Source of the DNA: an uncultured Chloroflexia bacterium
GTDB lineage: Bacteria; Chloroflexota; Anaerolineae; Anaerolineales; Villigracilaceae
Assembly (NCBI GenBank): GCA_963829485.1
Contig: CAWHIK010000007.1
Location: forward strand, 135,753 to 199,752
DNA: 64,000 bases
Reading direction: 5' to 3'
A model generated the notes under the pieces. That model had not been told where the DNA came from, made no database searches, and saw only the letters and a list, made by a program, of their open reading frames with translations. Position numbers and translations under genes: made by a program. This document shows positions 44,442 to 53,510 of this stretch, piece after piece (position 1 is the stretch's first letter; each line of letters opens with the position of its first letter).

Positions 44442-46577
44442 TTACTCTTCCAAGGATAAGAATGGAATGTAGGACCCGCTCATGGGCATCATCGTGAAAC
44501 CCTGCACGCGAGGCTTGACCAGGACGTTATCCACACCGTACATGTACGGTACGGCAGCGACGTCCTCCAGTAGCATGGTTTCAACCTGCTGGTAGAGCGC
44601 GAGCCGTTTGGCGGAGTCCTGTTCCACGCGAGCCTGCTCGAGCAGCGCATCGACCTCCGGGTTGGAGTAGGCTGACGCGTTAATATCGCTGTCCGTGTGG
44701 AAGAGAAGGTCCAGGAAATTTTCGGGGTCGGGATAGTCCGCGCACCAGCCGTAAAGCGTCATCGGGTTGGCCTGCTCGCGCGCCGCCTCGTGCAGACGGG
44801 TGGGGTCAAGGTACTCGACCGTCACCTGCACGCCCAGAACATCCTTCCACATGGAGACCATCGCATTCACCAGGTCGGATCCGGAATCGCCGTAACCGCC
44901 GACGCTGAGTTTCACCTCGGGCAGGTTCGTCCCGTAGCTGGAATCAGCGAGCGCAGCCCTGGCGGCATCCGGGTCATAGCCCAGGTCGCGGATTGATTCC
45001 TGATAACCGGGCATCGCAGGCGGGAGGATTGCGTCGGCTGTAATGTCGACATTATTGGTCATGCGTTCGACCAGGGCGTCCTTGTCAACCGACATGGCGA
45101 ACGCCTCGCGGACCTTGATGTCATCGAAGGGCGCTGTTGCGTTATTGAACAACAACATGCTGGTGCACATCGACGTGGTGGACTGCCATTCCTCATGGAG
45201 CGGATCGTCCGCTTCGCGGATGCGGATCACGTCCTCACCCCAGATCGGCACCATATCGAGCGTGCCTTCTTCATACAAACTGAGCAGCGAACCGCCAGGG
45301 TTGAACAGGAACAGGACATTGGGGATCGCCGGAGGATTCCAGTAGAAATCATTGCGCTCAAAGATGATGTACTCGTCCGGTTTGTATTCCTTGATCTTGT
45401 AGGGACCGGAGGCATTGGCGTCGTAATACCACTCGCCGCCGGCATCCGCCTGGGAGTTGTCCACGGCATAACTGTTGGGGTAGGAAAGTTTGGCGAGGAA
45501 GTAGGGCTTGGGGCCATCGAGGGTGACCTCGAGCGTGCGGTCGTCGATGACCTTGACGCCGGTGATCTCATCGGCCGTTCCGGCGTGCTTCTCCTTTGCG
45601 CCGAGGATATCCCCCAGGTAGGTCAGGGCGACCGAGGAGTCGGTGGCGGGATCGAGTGCGCGCTCCCAGCTGTCCTTGAAATCCTGCGCGGTGATGGGAC
45701 GCCCGGACGCAAACCGGATTCCGTCCCGCAGGGTAAAGGTGTAGACCGTGCCATCAGGGCTGATATCCAGGTTCTCGGCAAGGTCCGGAATGACCTCCAT
45801 TTCAGGTGACAGGCGCACCAGGCCGGCGAATACCAGTCCCATATAGCCGCCTGCGCCGGACGTGCTCATGGCCGGGTCGATGTCTTCAGGATCGAGGGGG
45901 TCAACGCCGTATTCCGCGTAAGTCTCGGATTTGTCCAGGCCGTAGAAAGTGGGGGCGAAGAAATCCACGCTGGCATAGACGTCCTCGAACGTGCCGGCGG
46001 CATCCTGCATGGTCGATTCGTCGGCGATGATGAACATCCGGTAGGAGCGGTTGTTGGCATATAAGTAAATCATGCGCACCACAAACACCGTTCCATTGTC
46101 CACCGTCGTCGTCAGGTCTTTGGCCTGCGCTGTAAATCCGTCGCCGATGGTCACTTCGTAAGGCTCGCCCGTATCATATGGGAGGTCTTCGAAAATGCTC
46201 GGAGCCAGTTCCTCGATGAACTCATCCAGCGTCCCCGGCTCGCTGGCTGCCAGGCTTTCCATATAGAAGGTGATCCAGTCATCGCCCAGCACCGTATAGG
46301 ATGAGCCTTCCTCCTGCACAGTCCACTCCTGCGGGACGATCAGGGAGAATCCGGATGTTCCGTTGGAATAAAATCCCTCCGGGGTGGGAGTCGGCTCCGG
46401 GACTGGCGTCGCATCGGGGGGAGCAGTGGGTTCACCCGGAGAGACCGGAGCGGCGACTGTTTCTTCCTTTTCTCCGAGAATGGGCAGGGACGCCAGCTTG
46501 CAGGCAGTGGCTGTGAAGAGCACCATCAGGATGAAGACCAGCAGAACCGGATTGCGGAGAATGCTTTTTGCGTTCAT
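44442..46577 (-). CDS. Family-5 (peptide/nickel type) ABC substrate-binding lipoprotein with an extra N-terminal domain
   Basis: Lipobox TACK and a Pro/Thr linker. The SBP_bac_5 core includes YTFTLRDGIRFASGRPITAQDF. No cognate permease or ATPase lies nearby. Confidence 0.85.
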   Translation of the reverse strand: MNAKSILRNPVLLVFILMVLFTATACKLASLPILGEKEETVAAPVSPGEPTAPPDATPVPEPTPTPEGFYSNGTSGFSLIVPQEWTVQEEGSSYTVLGDDWITFYMESLAASEPGTLDEFIEELAPSIFEDLPYDTGEPYEVTIGDGFTAQAKDLTTTVDNGTVFVVRMIYLYANNRSYRMFIIADESTMQDAAGTFEDVYASVDFFAPTFYGLDKSETYAEYGVDPLDPEDIDPAMSTSGAGGYMGLVFAGLVRLSPEMEVIPDLAENLDISPDGTVYTFTLRDGIRFASGRPITAQDFKDSWERALDPATDSSVALTYLGDILGAKEKHAGTADEITGVKVIDDRTLEVTLDGPKPYFLAKLSYPNSYAVDNSQADAGGEWYYDANASGPYKIKEYKPDEYIIFERNDFYWNPPAIPNVLFLFNPGGSLLSLYEEGTLDMVPIWGEDVIRIREADDPLHEEWQSTTSMCTSMLLFNNATAPFDDIKVREAFAMSVDKDALVERMTNNVDITADAILPPAMPGYQESIRDLGYDPDAARAALADSSYGTNLPEVKLSVGGYGDSGSDLVNAMVSMWKDVLGVQVTVEYLDPTRLHEAAREQANPMTLYGWCADYPDPENFLDLLFHTDSDINASAYSNPEVDALLEQARVEQDSAKRLALYQQVETMLLEDVAAVPYMYGVDNVLVKPRVQGFTMMPMSGSYIPFLSLEE

Positions 46578-47942
46578 CGTTCCTCCTTGTTTTTGAGAAC
46601 AGCCTTACCCATGGCCGGCGAAAAGACCAGCAGCAGTATTCCAAAAACGGCTGCATTTCCTCCAATACAATTCAAGGGAGACGAGGCAGGCGGGGCGGAT
46701 TCCGGCTGCGTCGCAGCAGGGACAGGCGAAGCCTCGGCAGGAGCTTCCGTCGGGCGGGGAGTTCTCGTCGCCGAGCTTCCAAACCCGGGCTTCGCGAGTT
46801 CGACAGTAGGCACGGTTGTCGCTTCCGGAGAAGGCGACGGGGTCACTCGCTCAGCGGGAAGCTCGGCATAGCCTTTGGAGGCGCGGTATTCCAGGTCCAG
46901 CCAGTCGGTATCAAACCCGTAAACCTTGTTCAGCGCGTTGTCGATCGTATTGCCTTGCTGGATCGCGGACAACAGCGCCGCCATTTTCTCCGAGCCATAG
47001 GTGTCGATCATGTAGCGCACCACTTCCCCGCTGAAGGCATACGCCAGGCGGGCTTTGTCGCCGCTGACCGCGAATCCCTGCGCGAGCGAGCGTAATGAAA
47101 ACAAGTTGTCATTCTTCAGTGCGGTTTCGACACTGATGAGATCGCTGGGAAGCGGATCGCCCTCCATGTACATGGAAAGCCCTTCGGAAAGCCAGGCCGG
47201 CATGTAGGTTCCCAGGCAGTTGAAGACCACGCCGTCCGTGACCAGGTGCGCGAGCTCGTGCGGTATGACTTCCGCAGCCCAATCGTCCTCACCGGGCGAG
47301 ATGCCCATCATGCTGATGCCGTACGTGGGGAAGGCCATTCCGCCCACCCACTCTGACGTGAACAGGATGGCCTCCTTGAGCATCTCGGCATCAGGATAAA
47401 TGACAAGAAGGATATCCGAGGGAGGTTCGATGCCGGCGTCATCCGATAATCGCTGAACGCTGTCGGTGGCGATATTCAACAGCATGTTGCCAAAGCTCTG
47501 CCCGCCCTCGAACCACATGACCGTCACGCCGTCGCGGTTCACCGATTTCCAGTTCTGGGAATTGTCCTCGACGGTCATCGCCTTCGGGTCGATCAGCGTG
47601 GTGGTGCCGTCCGAGTTGACGATCTCCCACTGCCAGTTCACTTTGACGCCGACGGGAAGGCTGTCGGTCTTATGAAAGTCCCAGACCCATTCAGCGGTAA
47701 CCGCGTCGCCGGCAGTAGTGAAATCCACCTTCTGGCGCGCCATTCCCCCGGTGCACGATTTTCCTTCCGCGCCGTACAGCAGGTTGACCTGGCTTACGGT
47801 GCCGGAGGGTTTGAATTCCAGATTAAATGTGATGTCGTCTGGGAAAATCGAGCGTGGCGCTGTTGTCGACAACTTCGACCGTGGATTGAGCCTGAGCATG
47901 ACCAACTGCAGCCGCCAAAATAACAACAAGGAGGAAAAACAT
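46574..47942 (-). pseudogene. Secreted HExxH (MA-clan) zinc metallopeptidase with a C-terminal TM anchor; frame broken near 47841-47847 as assembled
   Basis: HELAH motif in ORF 46574..48121. A clean signal peptide, MFFLLVVILAAAVGHAQA, starts at ATG 47942 in another frame and joins at ...ATLDFPDDITF across a TTTT/CCC run. The stop overlaps the SBP start as ATGA. Confidence 0.7.
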
Positions 47943-48069
47943 GAACAGGTTTCGGGATATTCTTTGCATAAAGCCCTCGCCAGGATTTTTAGAAATGTAA
48001 ATCTGTCGATTAACAATGTCATCGCATTAATGAAATTATAGTTTGGTTTACCCGTTCGATGTTTAATAC

Positions 48070-49111
48070 CTAACCCATGCCAGCCGTCTTCAACACCCGC
48101 AAGGCACGAAGCGTGACCCATTTATTAGGTTGCTTCTTCGCGCCGAAGTCCACCCAGGTCTTTCCGGTGTAGTCGTACTCCAGCGCCCACCGACCGTTCG
48201 CATCCTGCTTCTCACGGACCAGCGTTATGGCTCGAGCCAACCGCGGATCATTGACATAGCCCAGGGCAGTCAACGCTTCCACGACCTGGAGCAGATCCGT
48301 CGCATAGAATACCGGGAAGCCGAACTTCCACCAGTTCCCGCTGGGTTTGCTTGCGAAACCGGTCGGGTAAGCCGCGTCCGCCGGGTCCACGCTGAACAGG
48401 AAATCCACCCCATGCTGGATGGCACGTTTGATGACCGGCGTATACTTCTTTTTCGGCAATCTTCCCAGAGCCAGCATTACCTTGACGCCGCCCCACGCGC
48501 ACGGCAGTTTGTTATTCGAGCCGCAGGCAAAAGTGGGGCCGCATTTCCCGGCATAGTAGCGCTCAGCAGCGTTTACGATCTCCCACTTGGGCAATGCCCT
48601 CGCCGGTGACAGTGCGCGCCATCCAGTCGAACGCCTTGTCCAGGCGTGGATCTTCATATCCCAGTTCCTGCAATGCCCAGAGGAGATTTCCCTGCAGGCA
48701 GTCGGCGGTACCGGAAGGCGCGCCCGATGCGGTGAATTGGCCGCCTTCAGCAAGGGCATGCTCCATCAGATAAGCGCACGCCTTTGCGATTCGCTTATCC
48801 TCCTTAATGGAAGCCCCCAACTGTGCCAGTAGAATCACCGACCAGACCGTGGACCGGTACTTCGGGTTGTAACCGGGACCCGGCTCGACCCAGAAGCCTT
48901 CCTTGTCCATGTTGCTCAAGATGGTTGCGATGGGACCTTTTTGGTGGGCGGCTTCTCGCGCTGTCCGCAGGTCTGAATCATCGCTGGGGCGATCCAACAA
49001 ATCTCGAAGTGCCAGATAACGTACATCTGGTGTTTCGGTCTCCAATAACCAGGATTGTGGATCCTTTTTGGGTTGATCCTTCCGGGACACAGGCATCACC
49101 TCCGATGGCAT
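48070..49111 (-). pseudogene. Prenyltransferase/squalene-cyclase-repeat (alpha/alpha toroid) protein; frame broken near 48586-48598 as assembled
   Basis: ORF 48563..49111 (...FDWMARTVTGEGIA) continues in ORF 48070..48759 (PKWEIVNAAERYYAGKCGP...). Repeats of the Q..DG.W type (KEGFW, DANGRW). Confidence 0.7.
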
Positions 49112-49706
49112 GGATAGTACCGGTTAGAAGTCTCGGTATCACAGCGCCCGTCTTCTTCATATATTCGCGGTACTGGTCACCAAAGGTATCAAGCATCATT
49201 TTTTCCTCGGCGCGCACGCGAAGGATGTAAAAAGGGATGAAGAACAGCAGGTCAATGGGGCCGGCGATCCAGTTCTGCAGGAGCAGGATCTGCGCGATGA
49301 CCCAAATCCACTGGCTGGCATACATCGGGTGACGGATGTATCCATAGATGCCCCTGGTCACCAGGGTGTGGCCTTCAAAGATCTCGAGCGTGGGCGACCA
49401 GTTGGATTTCAGGTCCACGTGGGCGCGCGCGAAGACAAGCAGGGCACAGGCCATCAGCACCACCCCCAGCCAGCCCATCCATACCGGAAGAGTGTAATCC
49501 GCAAAGTCCAGCCAGTCTGTGACGGAGTAGATGAGCGGGAAGACGATCATCACGACCGATAACATACCCAGCAAAAATTTTTCGGTTCGCGATACGCGCT
49601 GTTCGGTTTTCGCGGTTCCCTTCCAGGTCTTGCGCAACGGCGCACGAATGACCATTTCGGTAAGGATTTCAATCCAGTAAACGATGATGAACGGGGTCAT
49701 GCTCAT
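48978..49706 (-). CDS. ICMT/Ste14-family membrane methyltransferase (isoprenylcysteine carboxyl methyltransferase-like)
   Basis: RHPMY...EEKMMLDTFGDQYREYMKKTGAVIPRL signature. The ORF then reads 134 nt into the next gene, so the stop was probably lost by an indel near 49124-49130. Confidence 0.8.
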   Translation of the reverse strand: MSMTPFIIVYWIEILTEMVIRAPLRKTWKGTAKTEQRVSRTEKFLLGMLSVVMIVFPLIYSVTDWLDFADYTLPVWMGWLGVVLMACALLVFARAHVDLKSNWSPTLEIFEGHTLVTRGIYGYIRHPMYASQWIWVIAQILLLQNWIAGPIDLLFFIPFYILRVRAEEKMMLDTFGDQYREYMKKTGAVIPRLLTGTIHAIGGDACVPEGSTQKGSTILVIGDRNTRCTLSGTSRFVGSPQR

Positions 49707-49729
49707 TCCTTTCCGTAACCCGATAATTC

Positions 49730-50154
49730 TTAAAGCTGTTTTGTGAAATAGTAGCGCTGATGCCCGGGAGGAAAATCGTTCAACACGCCAAAAGCATGAT
49801 AGCCGTGTTTTTCATAAAAAGCGGGCGCCTGGAAACTGAAAGTGTCGAGGTAGGCATTGTTGCCCCCAGTTTCCGCGCCTCCTCCTCGGCCAGGGTCATG
49901 AGCTGGTGACCGTACCCACGTCCGCGGAGTTCTTCCTTTATAAAAAGCAGGTTGATATAAAGCCAGCCCCAATGGACATTGCCGATCAGGCCGCCGGCGA
50001 TCTGGTCATCCGGCGCGTACAGGACGAAACACACGTCCTTGTTCAGCGATTCTCCCCCCTTCTGGATGTTGTAACGATGGATGCCGCCCCCGACCGCTTC
50101 CCAGAGGGGATCATCGGGCTTTTCAACCTGGAGTATACGAAAGTCGTTGGTCAT
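49730..50154 (-). pseudogene. GNAT-family N-acetyltransferase; frame broken near 49855-49868 as assembled
   Basis: ORF 49780..50154 (...RGRGYGHQLMTLAEEEARKLG) continues in ORF 49730..49972 (NNAYLDTFSFQAPAFYEKHGY...). Confidence 0.7.
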
Positions 50155-50232
50155 GAGATTTCGTCATCCTTTTCCGATCAGAGATTATTCAATGAAACGA
50201 GGCTTTTCAAAACGACCGAACAGGCAATCCGG

Positions 50233-50793
50233 TCACCGGATATCCTTAAACCACTTAATATCCTCAAGCGGTTCTTCCTGATCGCTGTACAGACCCATCT
50301 GGCGCGCAAGCTCAACGGCAAACTCGACATAAGCCTGCCCCTGGGCTGTGATGATGTTCCCATCGACGACCACGTGTTCGTCGGAAACGATTGATTCCGA
50401 GTAATAGTTAAAACTCTTATACTTAGGAGTCACACCCGATGCCATTCCCGTGCATTTTTTCCCTTTCAGGATTCCAAGCCCTGCCAGCAGGCTGGCCCCT
50501 CCGCAAATTCCGGCTATTTTCTTGTTTTTGCCAGCCACTTCTTCAACAAAGTTCTTCAATTCCCGATTTTCAACCAGTGGATACGGTTCCCCTCCCGGAA
50601 TGACCAGCAGGTCAATGGTATCGACATCCACTTCACCGAGGGTCTTGTCCACGCAGAATTGTTGATTTTCTTCGCTGCGATAATCCCTTTTCTCCAATGC
50701 CAAGGTGATCAGATCATGCTTTTTGAAGAACAGACCGATCAGGACAATCTCGAACTCTGAAAATCCGTCGTAGTAGAAAAAGGCTACCTTCAC
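50233..50793 (-). CDS. DJ-1/PfpI-family protein (class I glutamine-amidotransferase-like)
   Basis: Nucleophile elbow IAGICGGASLLA. GTG start with an AAGGAGG RBS. AT-richer than its surroundings. Confidence 0.85.
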   Translation of the reverse strand: MKVAFFYYDGFSEFEIVLIGLFFKKHDLITLALEKRDYRSEENQQFCVDKTLGEVDVDTIDLLVIPGGEPYPLVENRELKNFVEEVAGKNKKIAGICGGASLLAGLGILKGKKCTGMASGVTPKYKSFNYYSESIVSDEHVVVDGNIITAQGQAYVEFAVELARQMGLYSDQEEPLEDIKWFKDIR

Positions 50794-50836
50794 GAGTTCC
50801 TCCTTTTGTTTTTGGAATCCACGATCAACGCACGAC

Positions 50837-51121
50837 CTAATGCGGATTTAATATCTCTCCAGCCGCGAAGAAGATAGCGAACAAGCCGGGAACGAGCGCG
50901 AGCCAGAGCAGCCAGGAGCGTTCCTGCTTCCAATAGATCGCCGCGAGCACAAGGATTCCCGCAGCGACGCCGATGGCGATGGTGAGAATTCCTGGGAATG
51001 GAACGAGATCGTTCGAGACACCCAGGAACAGGAGCACGAACAGGAGCGCCAGCCCCGCCGCCCACCGTCCCAGTTTTGTTCGAGGCAGCTCGAGAAACTT
51101 ACCTCTTTGAGTTGTGCTCAT
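50837..51121 (-). CDS. Small membrane protein (94 aa, three TM helices)
   Basis: Hydrophobic ORF with an AGGA RBS. No family recognised. Confidence 0.55.
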   Translation of the reverse strand: MSTTQRGKFLELPRTKLGRWAAGLALLFVLLFLGVSNDLVPFPGILTIAIGVAAGILVLAAIYWKQERSWLLWLALVPGLFAIFFAAGEILNPH

Positions 51122-51201
51122 GGTATTTTCCTTTTATTCCAGGCTATTGTGAAACCTGCTGCCATCAACCAATTTATCTGCACATGGCAGGGGAAGTAAA
51201 T

Positions 51202-52014
51202 TTATTGTATACCTTTTACATAAGCATGGCTTAATTCCAGAGCATAGCGAATGAACTCTTCCGTGCTGGTTACTTCGTTTGCATCGGCTTTTTGTTGTAC
51301 TTTGAGAGATGGATTCGGGCGTTCTTCCCACGCGCGCTGAATAAGACCGGTCCAACGATCATCCAGGGTGGTTTTCGCCCATTGCGCTCCGGAGAGTTTC
51401 GATGCGATTTTTCCGGTTTCGAGGGTGTGCAGCATGCGGCAGTAACTCAAAACCGCGAACGGCTGCGCCCACCGGTTGTCTATTTTATATTTACCGGTGA
51501 ACATTTCCTCCGCCCATTCATGCATGGTGTTGAACACTTCCTGTCGCAGGTCGTCAGCAGATACCGGGTCGATGAGTTCTTTCGGATCAGGACCTGCCAG
51601 GGTAATTCCGTATTCACGAACGACCCAGCGCACGACCAGGGTATTATCGTGGTCTGACAGGATCAGCTGGTCATGCGCATTGTCAAGATATAAAAGTTTC
51701 GTTCTGGACGGATCACCGCTTTTCAATATCGCTTTGGGGAAATAAGACCCTTCGAGATGCCTGGCCCATTCAGATTCCAAATTGAACAGTCTGGCATGCA
51801 TTGTCTGAAGTGCGGGTATTTCCGCATCGGGCACTTCGTGCTCGGTGGCGATCAAAAAATCAACATCGCTATCCAAGTCCCAGTCACCAACAGCAAAAGA
51901 ACCCTGCAAATAAATAGAGACAAGGTTCTTCCCCAACGCTTCCTGAACGCTCGCCACTAATTCACGAAGCACGGCGTTTAATTCCGAATTGGTTGTAGGA
52001 AAAATTGCACTCAT
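51202..52014 (-). CDS. Nucleotidyltransferase with a DUF4111-type C-terminal domain (ANT(3'')/AadA-like adenylyltransferase fold)
   Basis: GSFAVGDWDLDSDVDFL Pol-beta NTase motif and an AadA-like helical C-terminal domain. Substrate unknown. Confidence 0.75.
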   Translation of the reverse strand: MSAIFPTTNSELNAVLRELVASVQEALGKNLVSIYLQGSFAVGDWDLDSDVDFLIATEHEVPDAEIPALQTMHARLFNLESEWARHLEGSYFPKAILKSGDPSRTKLLYLDNAHDQLILSDHDNTLVVRWVVREYGITLAGPDPKELIDPVSADDLRQEVFNTMHEWAEEMFTGKYKIDNRWAQPFAVLSYCRMLHTLETGKIASKLSGAQWAKTTLDDRWTGLIQRAWEERPNPSLKVQQKADANEVTSTEEFIRYALELSHAYVKGIQ

Positions 52015-52119
52015 TCTATTGATTTTCCATTGACCTTAGAGCGACTGAACTTAATAATTATACGACTTGCGCTTTACTTTGATTCGCTCAACCAACTTTC
52101 AAAATCCATGCATCAAACA

Positions 52120-52148
52120 CTGGCAATATATTCAAATTGCCGTATACT
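52120..52148 (+). promoter_or_regulatory. Candidate promoter CTGGCA-17 nt-TATACT with the dyad GGCAAT-N8-ATTGCC, upstream of the ABC operon
   Basis: The TTGCCGTATACT string resembles the -10 context of the three palindrome modules. It lies about 155 nt upstream of ATG 52303. Confidence 0.4.
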
Positions 52149-52302
52149 ATGAACGTGCACATGTTCCAGCGTCGCACCCCGTTGACCACACACACCTTTG
52201 GACACGCTTCCGTGTTAAGAGAAGGAGGCCAACGGTTTAATTTTCCCCTCACCCCAACAACCTTAATGAAAACCGCCATTCCAAAAAGGAGGAGCATTTA
52301 AC

Positions 52303-53448
52303 ATGAGAACGCCTAAACAAACCTGGATGATTTTATTTTCCCTGCTGATGCTGGCCAGCCTGGTGCTCGCTGCCTGTCAGCCGGCTCCCGCGCCGACCGA
52401 GGAACCCCCGGCTCCTCCGGCGGCTACTGAAGCCCCTGCGGCACCCGCGGCAACGGAAGCGCCCGCCCCGGTCACCGGCAACCTGGTCATGCTTGACTGG
52501 GCCGGCTACGAGCTGCCTGAGTTCTGGCAGCAGTTCGCCACGCAGTACCCTGAGGTCAAGGTGGAATACAGCTTCCTCGCCGAGAGCGCCGAAGCCTACG
52601 CCAAGGTGCAGAGCGGATTCGAGGCCGACCTGATCCATCCGTGCAGCAACTACTGGAAGATCATGGTGGACGAAGGCCTCGTCCAGCCCATCGACACCTC
52701 GAAGCTCTCGCACTGGAAGGACGTCAACCCCGACCTCGCTGCTCAGGGCCAGTTCGACGGCAAGCAATACTGGATCCCGTGGGACTGGGGCTTCGAGTCC
52801 GTGCTCGTGCGCAAGGACATGATCGAGACTGTCCCAACATCCTGGGCAGATCTGTGGAATCCCGAATACGCGGGAAAGATCGCCCTGTTCGACTCGGGTG
52901 AGTCCGCTCACATCATCACCGCGATGGCCCTGGGCATGGATCCCTGGGCGACCACCCCCGAGCAGGATGAGCAGATCAAGCAGAAGCTGCTCGAGCTGAT
53001 GCCGAACGTGCTGACCATCTGGGACAGCCAGACCACGCTCGACCAGCAGCTGGCCTCCGGCGATGTTCAGGTCGCGGCCAACGCCTGGAACGCATCCTAT
53101 GTCGGTCTTCTGGGCCAGGGCATCGATGTGGAATACATCGACCCGAAGGAAGGACGCGCCGGCTATCTGTGCGGCTTCGCCATCCCGACCACCTCGAAGA
53201 ACGTCGACCTTGCGACCGCGATGATCGATGCCTACATCGCCCCCGACGCGCAAGCCTACCTCGCCAATGAGTACGGCTACGGCATCGTGAATGACGCCGC
53301 GCTGTCCCTCGTGGACCCCGAAACGGTCAAACTGCTCAGCCTGGATGACAAGGACGTCATCTCGCGCACGCTGTTCTATAAATACATCACCCCGGAGCAG
53401 CGCCAGGCCTGGACGGACGTCTGGTCCGAGGTAAAGACCTCCAAGTAA
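52303..53448 (+). CDS. ABC transporter substrate-binding lipoprotein (PotD/PotF-like, family 1)
   Basis: Lipobox LAAC, a Pro/Ala/Thr linker and a PotD-like core. AAGGAGG RBS. Confidence 0.85.
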   Translation: MRTPKQTWMILFSLLMLASLVLAACQPAPAPTEEPPAPPAATEAPAAPAATEAPAPVTGNLVMLDWAGYELPEFWQQFATQYPEVKVEYSFLAESAEAYAKVQSGFEADLIHPCSNYWKIMVDEGLVQPIDTSKLSHWKDVNPDLAAQGQFDGKQYWIPWDWGFESVLVRKDMIETVPTSWADLWNPEYAGKIALFDSGESAHIITAMALGMDPWATTPEQDEQIKQKLLELMPNVLTIWDSQTTLDQQLASGDVQVAANAWNASYVGLLGQGIDVEYIDPKEGRAGYLCGFAIPTTSKNVDLATAMIDAYIAPDAQAYLANEYGYGIVNDAALSLVDPETVKLLSLDDKDVISRTLFYKYITPEQRQAWTDVWSEVKTSK

Positions 53449-53510
53449 GACCATTCCTATAAACCACAGAGCCTCCCTATAACCGGGAGGCTCTGGAAGG
53501 ATTTCGCCGG

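Noticed and set aside
3587-49868. Programmed ribosomal frameshifting as the explanation for the split genes
   Set aside because: No shared slippery heptamer or downstream structure is present. The breaks occur in unrelated genes, in both +1 and -1 directions, and at short homopolymers. Assembly indels are the simpler explanation.
52333-53454. 373-aa ORF antisense to the PotD-like gene; similar cases at 15340-16170, 21183-22283, 35742-36653, 55150-55866 and 61295-62383
   Set aside because: All are fully nested opposite genes with clear family motifs. They are high-GC shadow ORFs.
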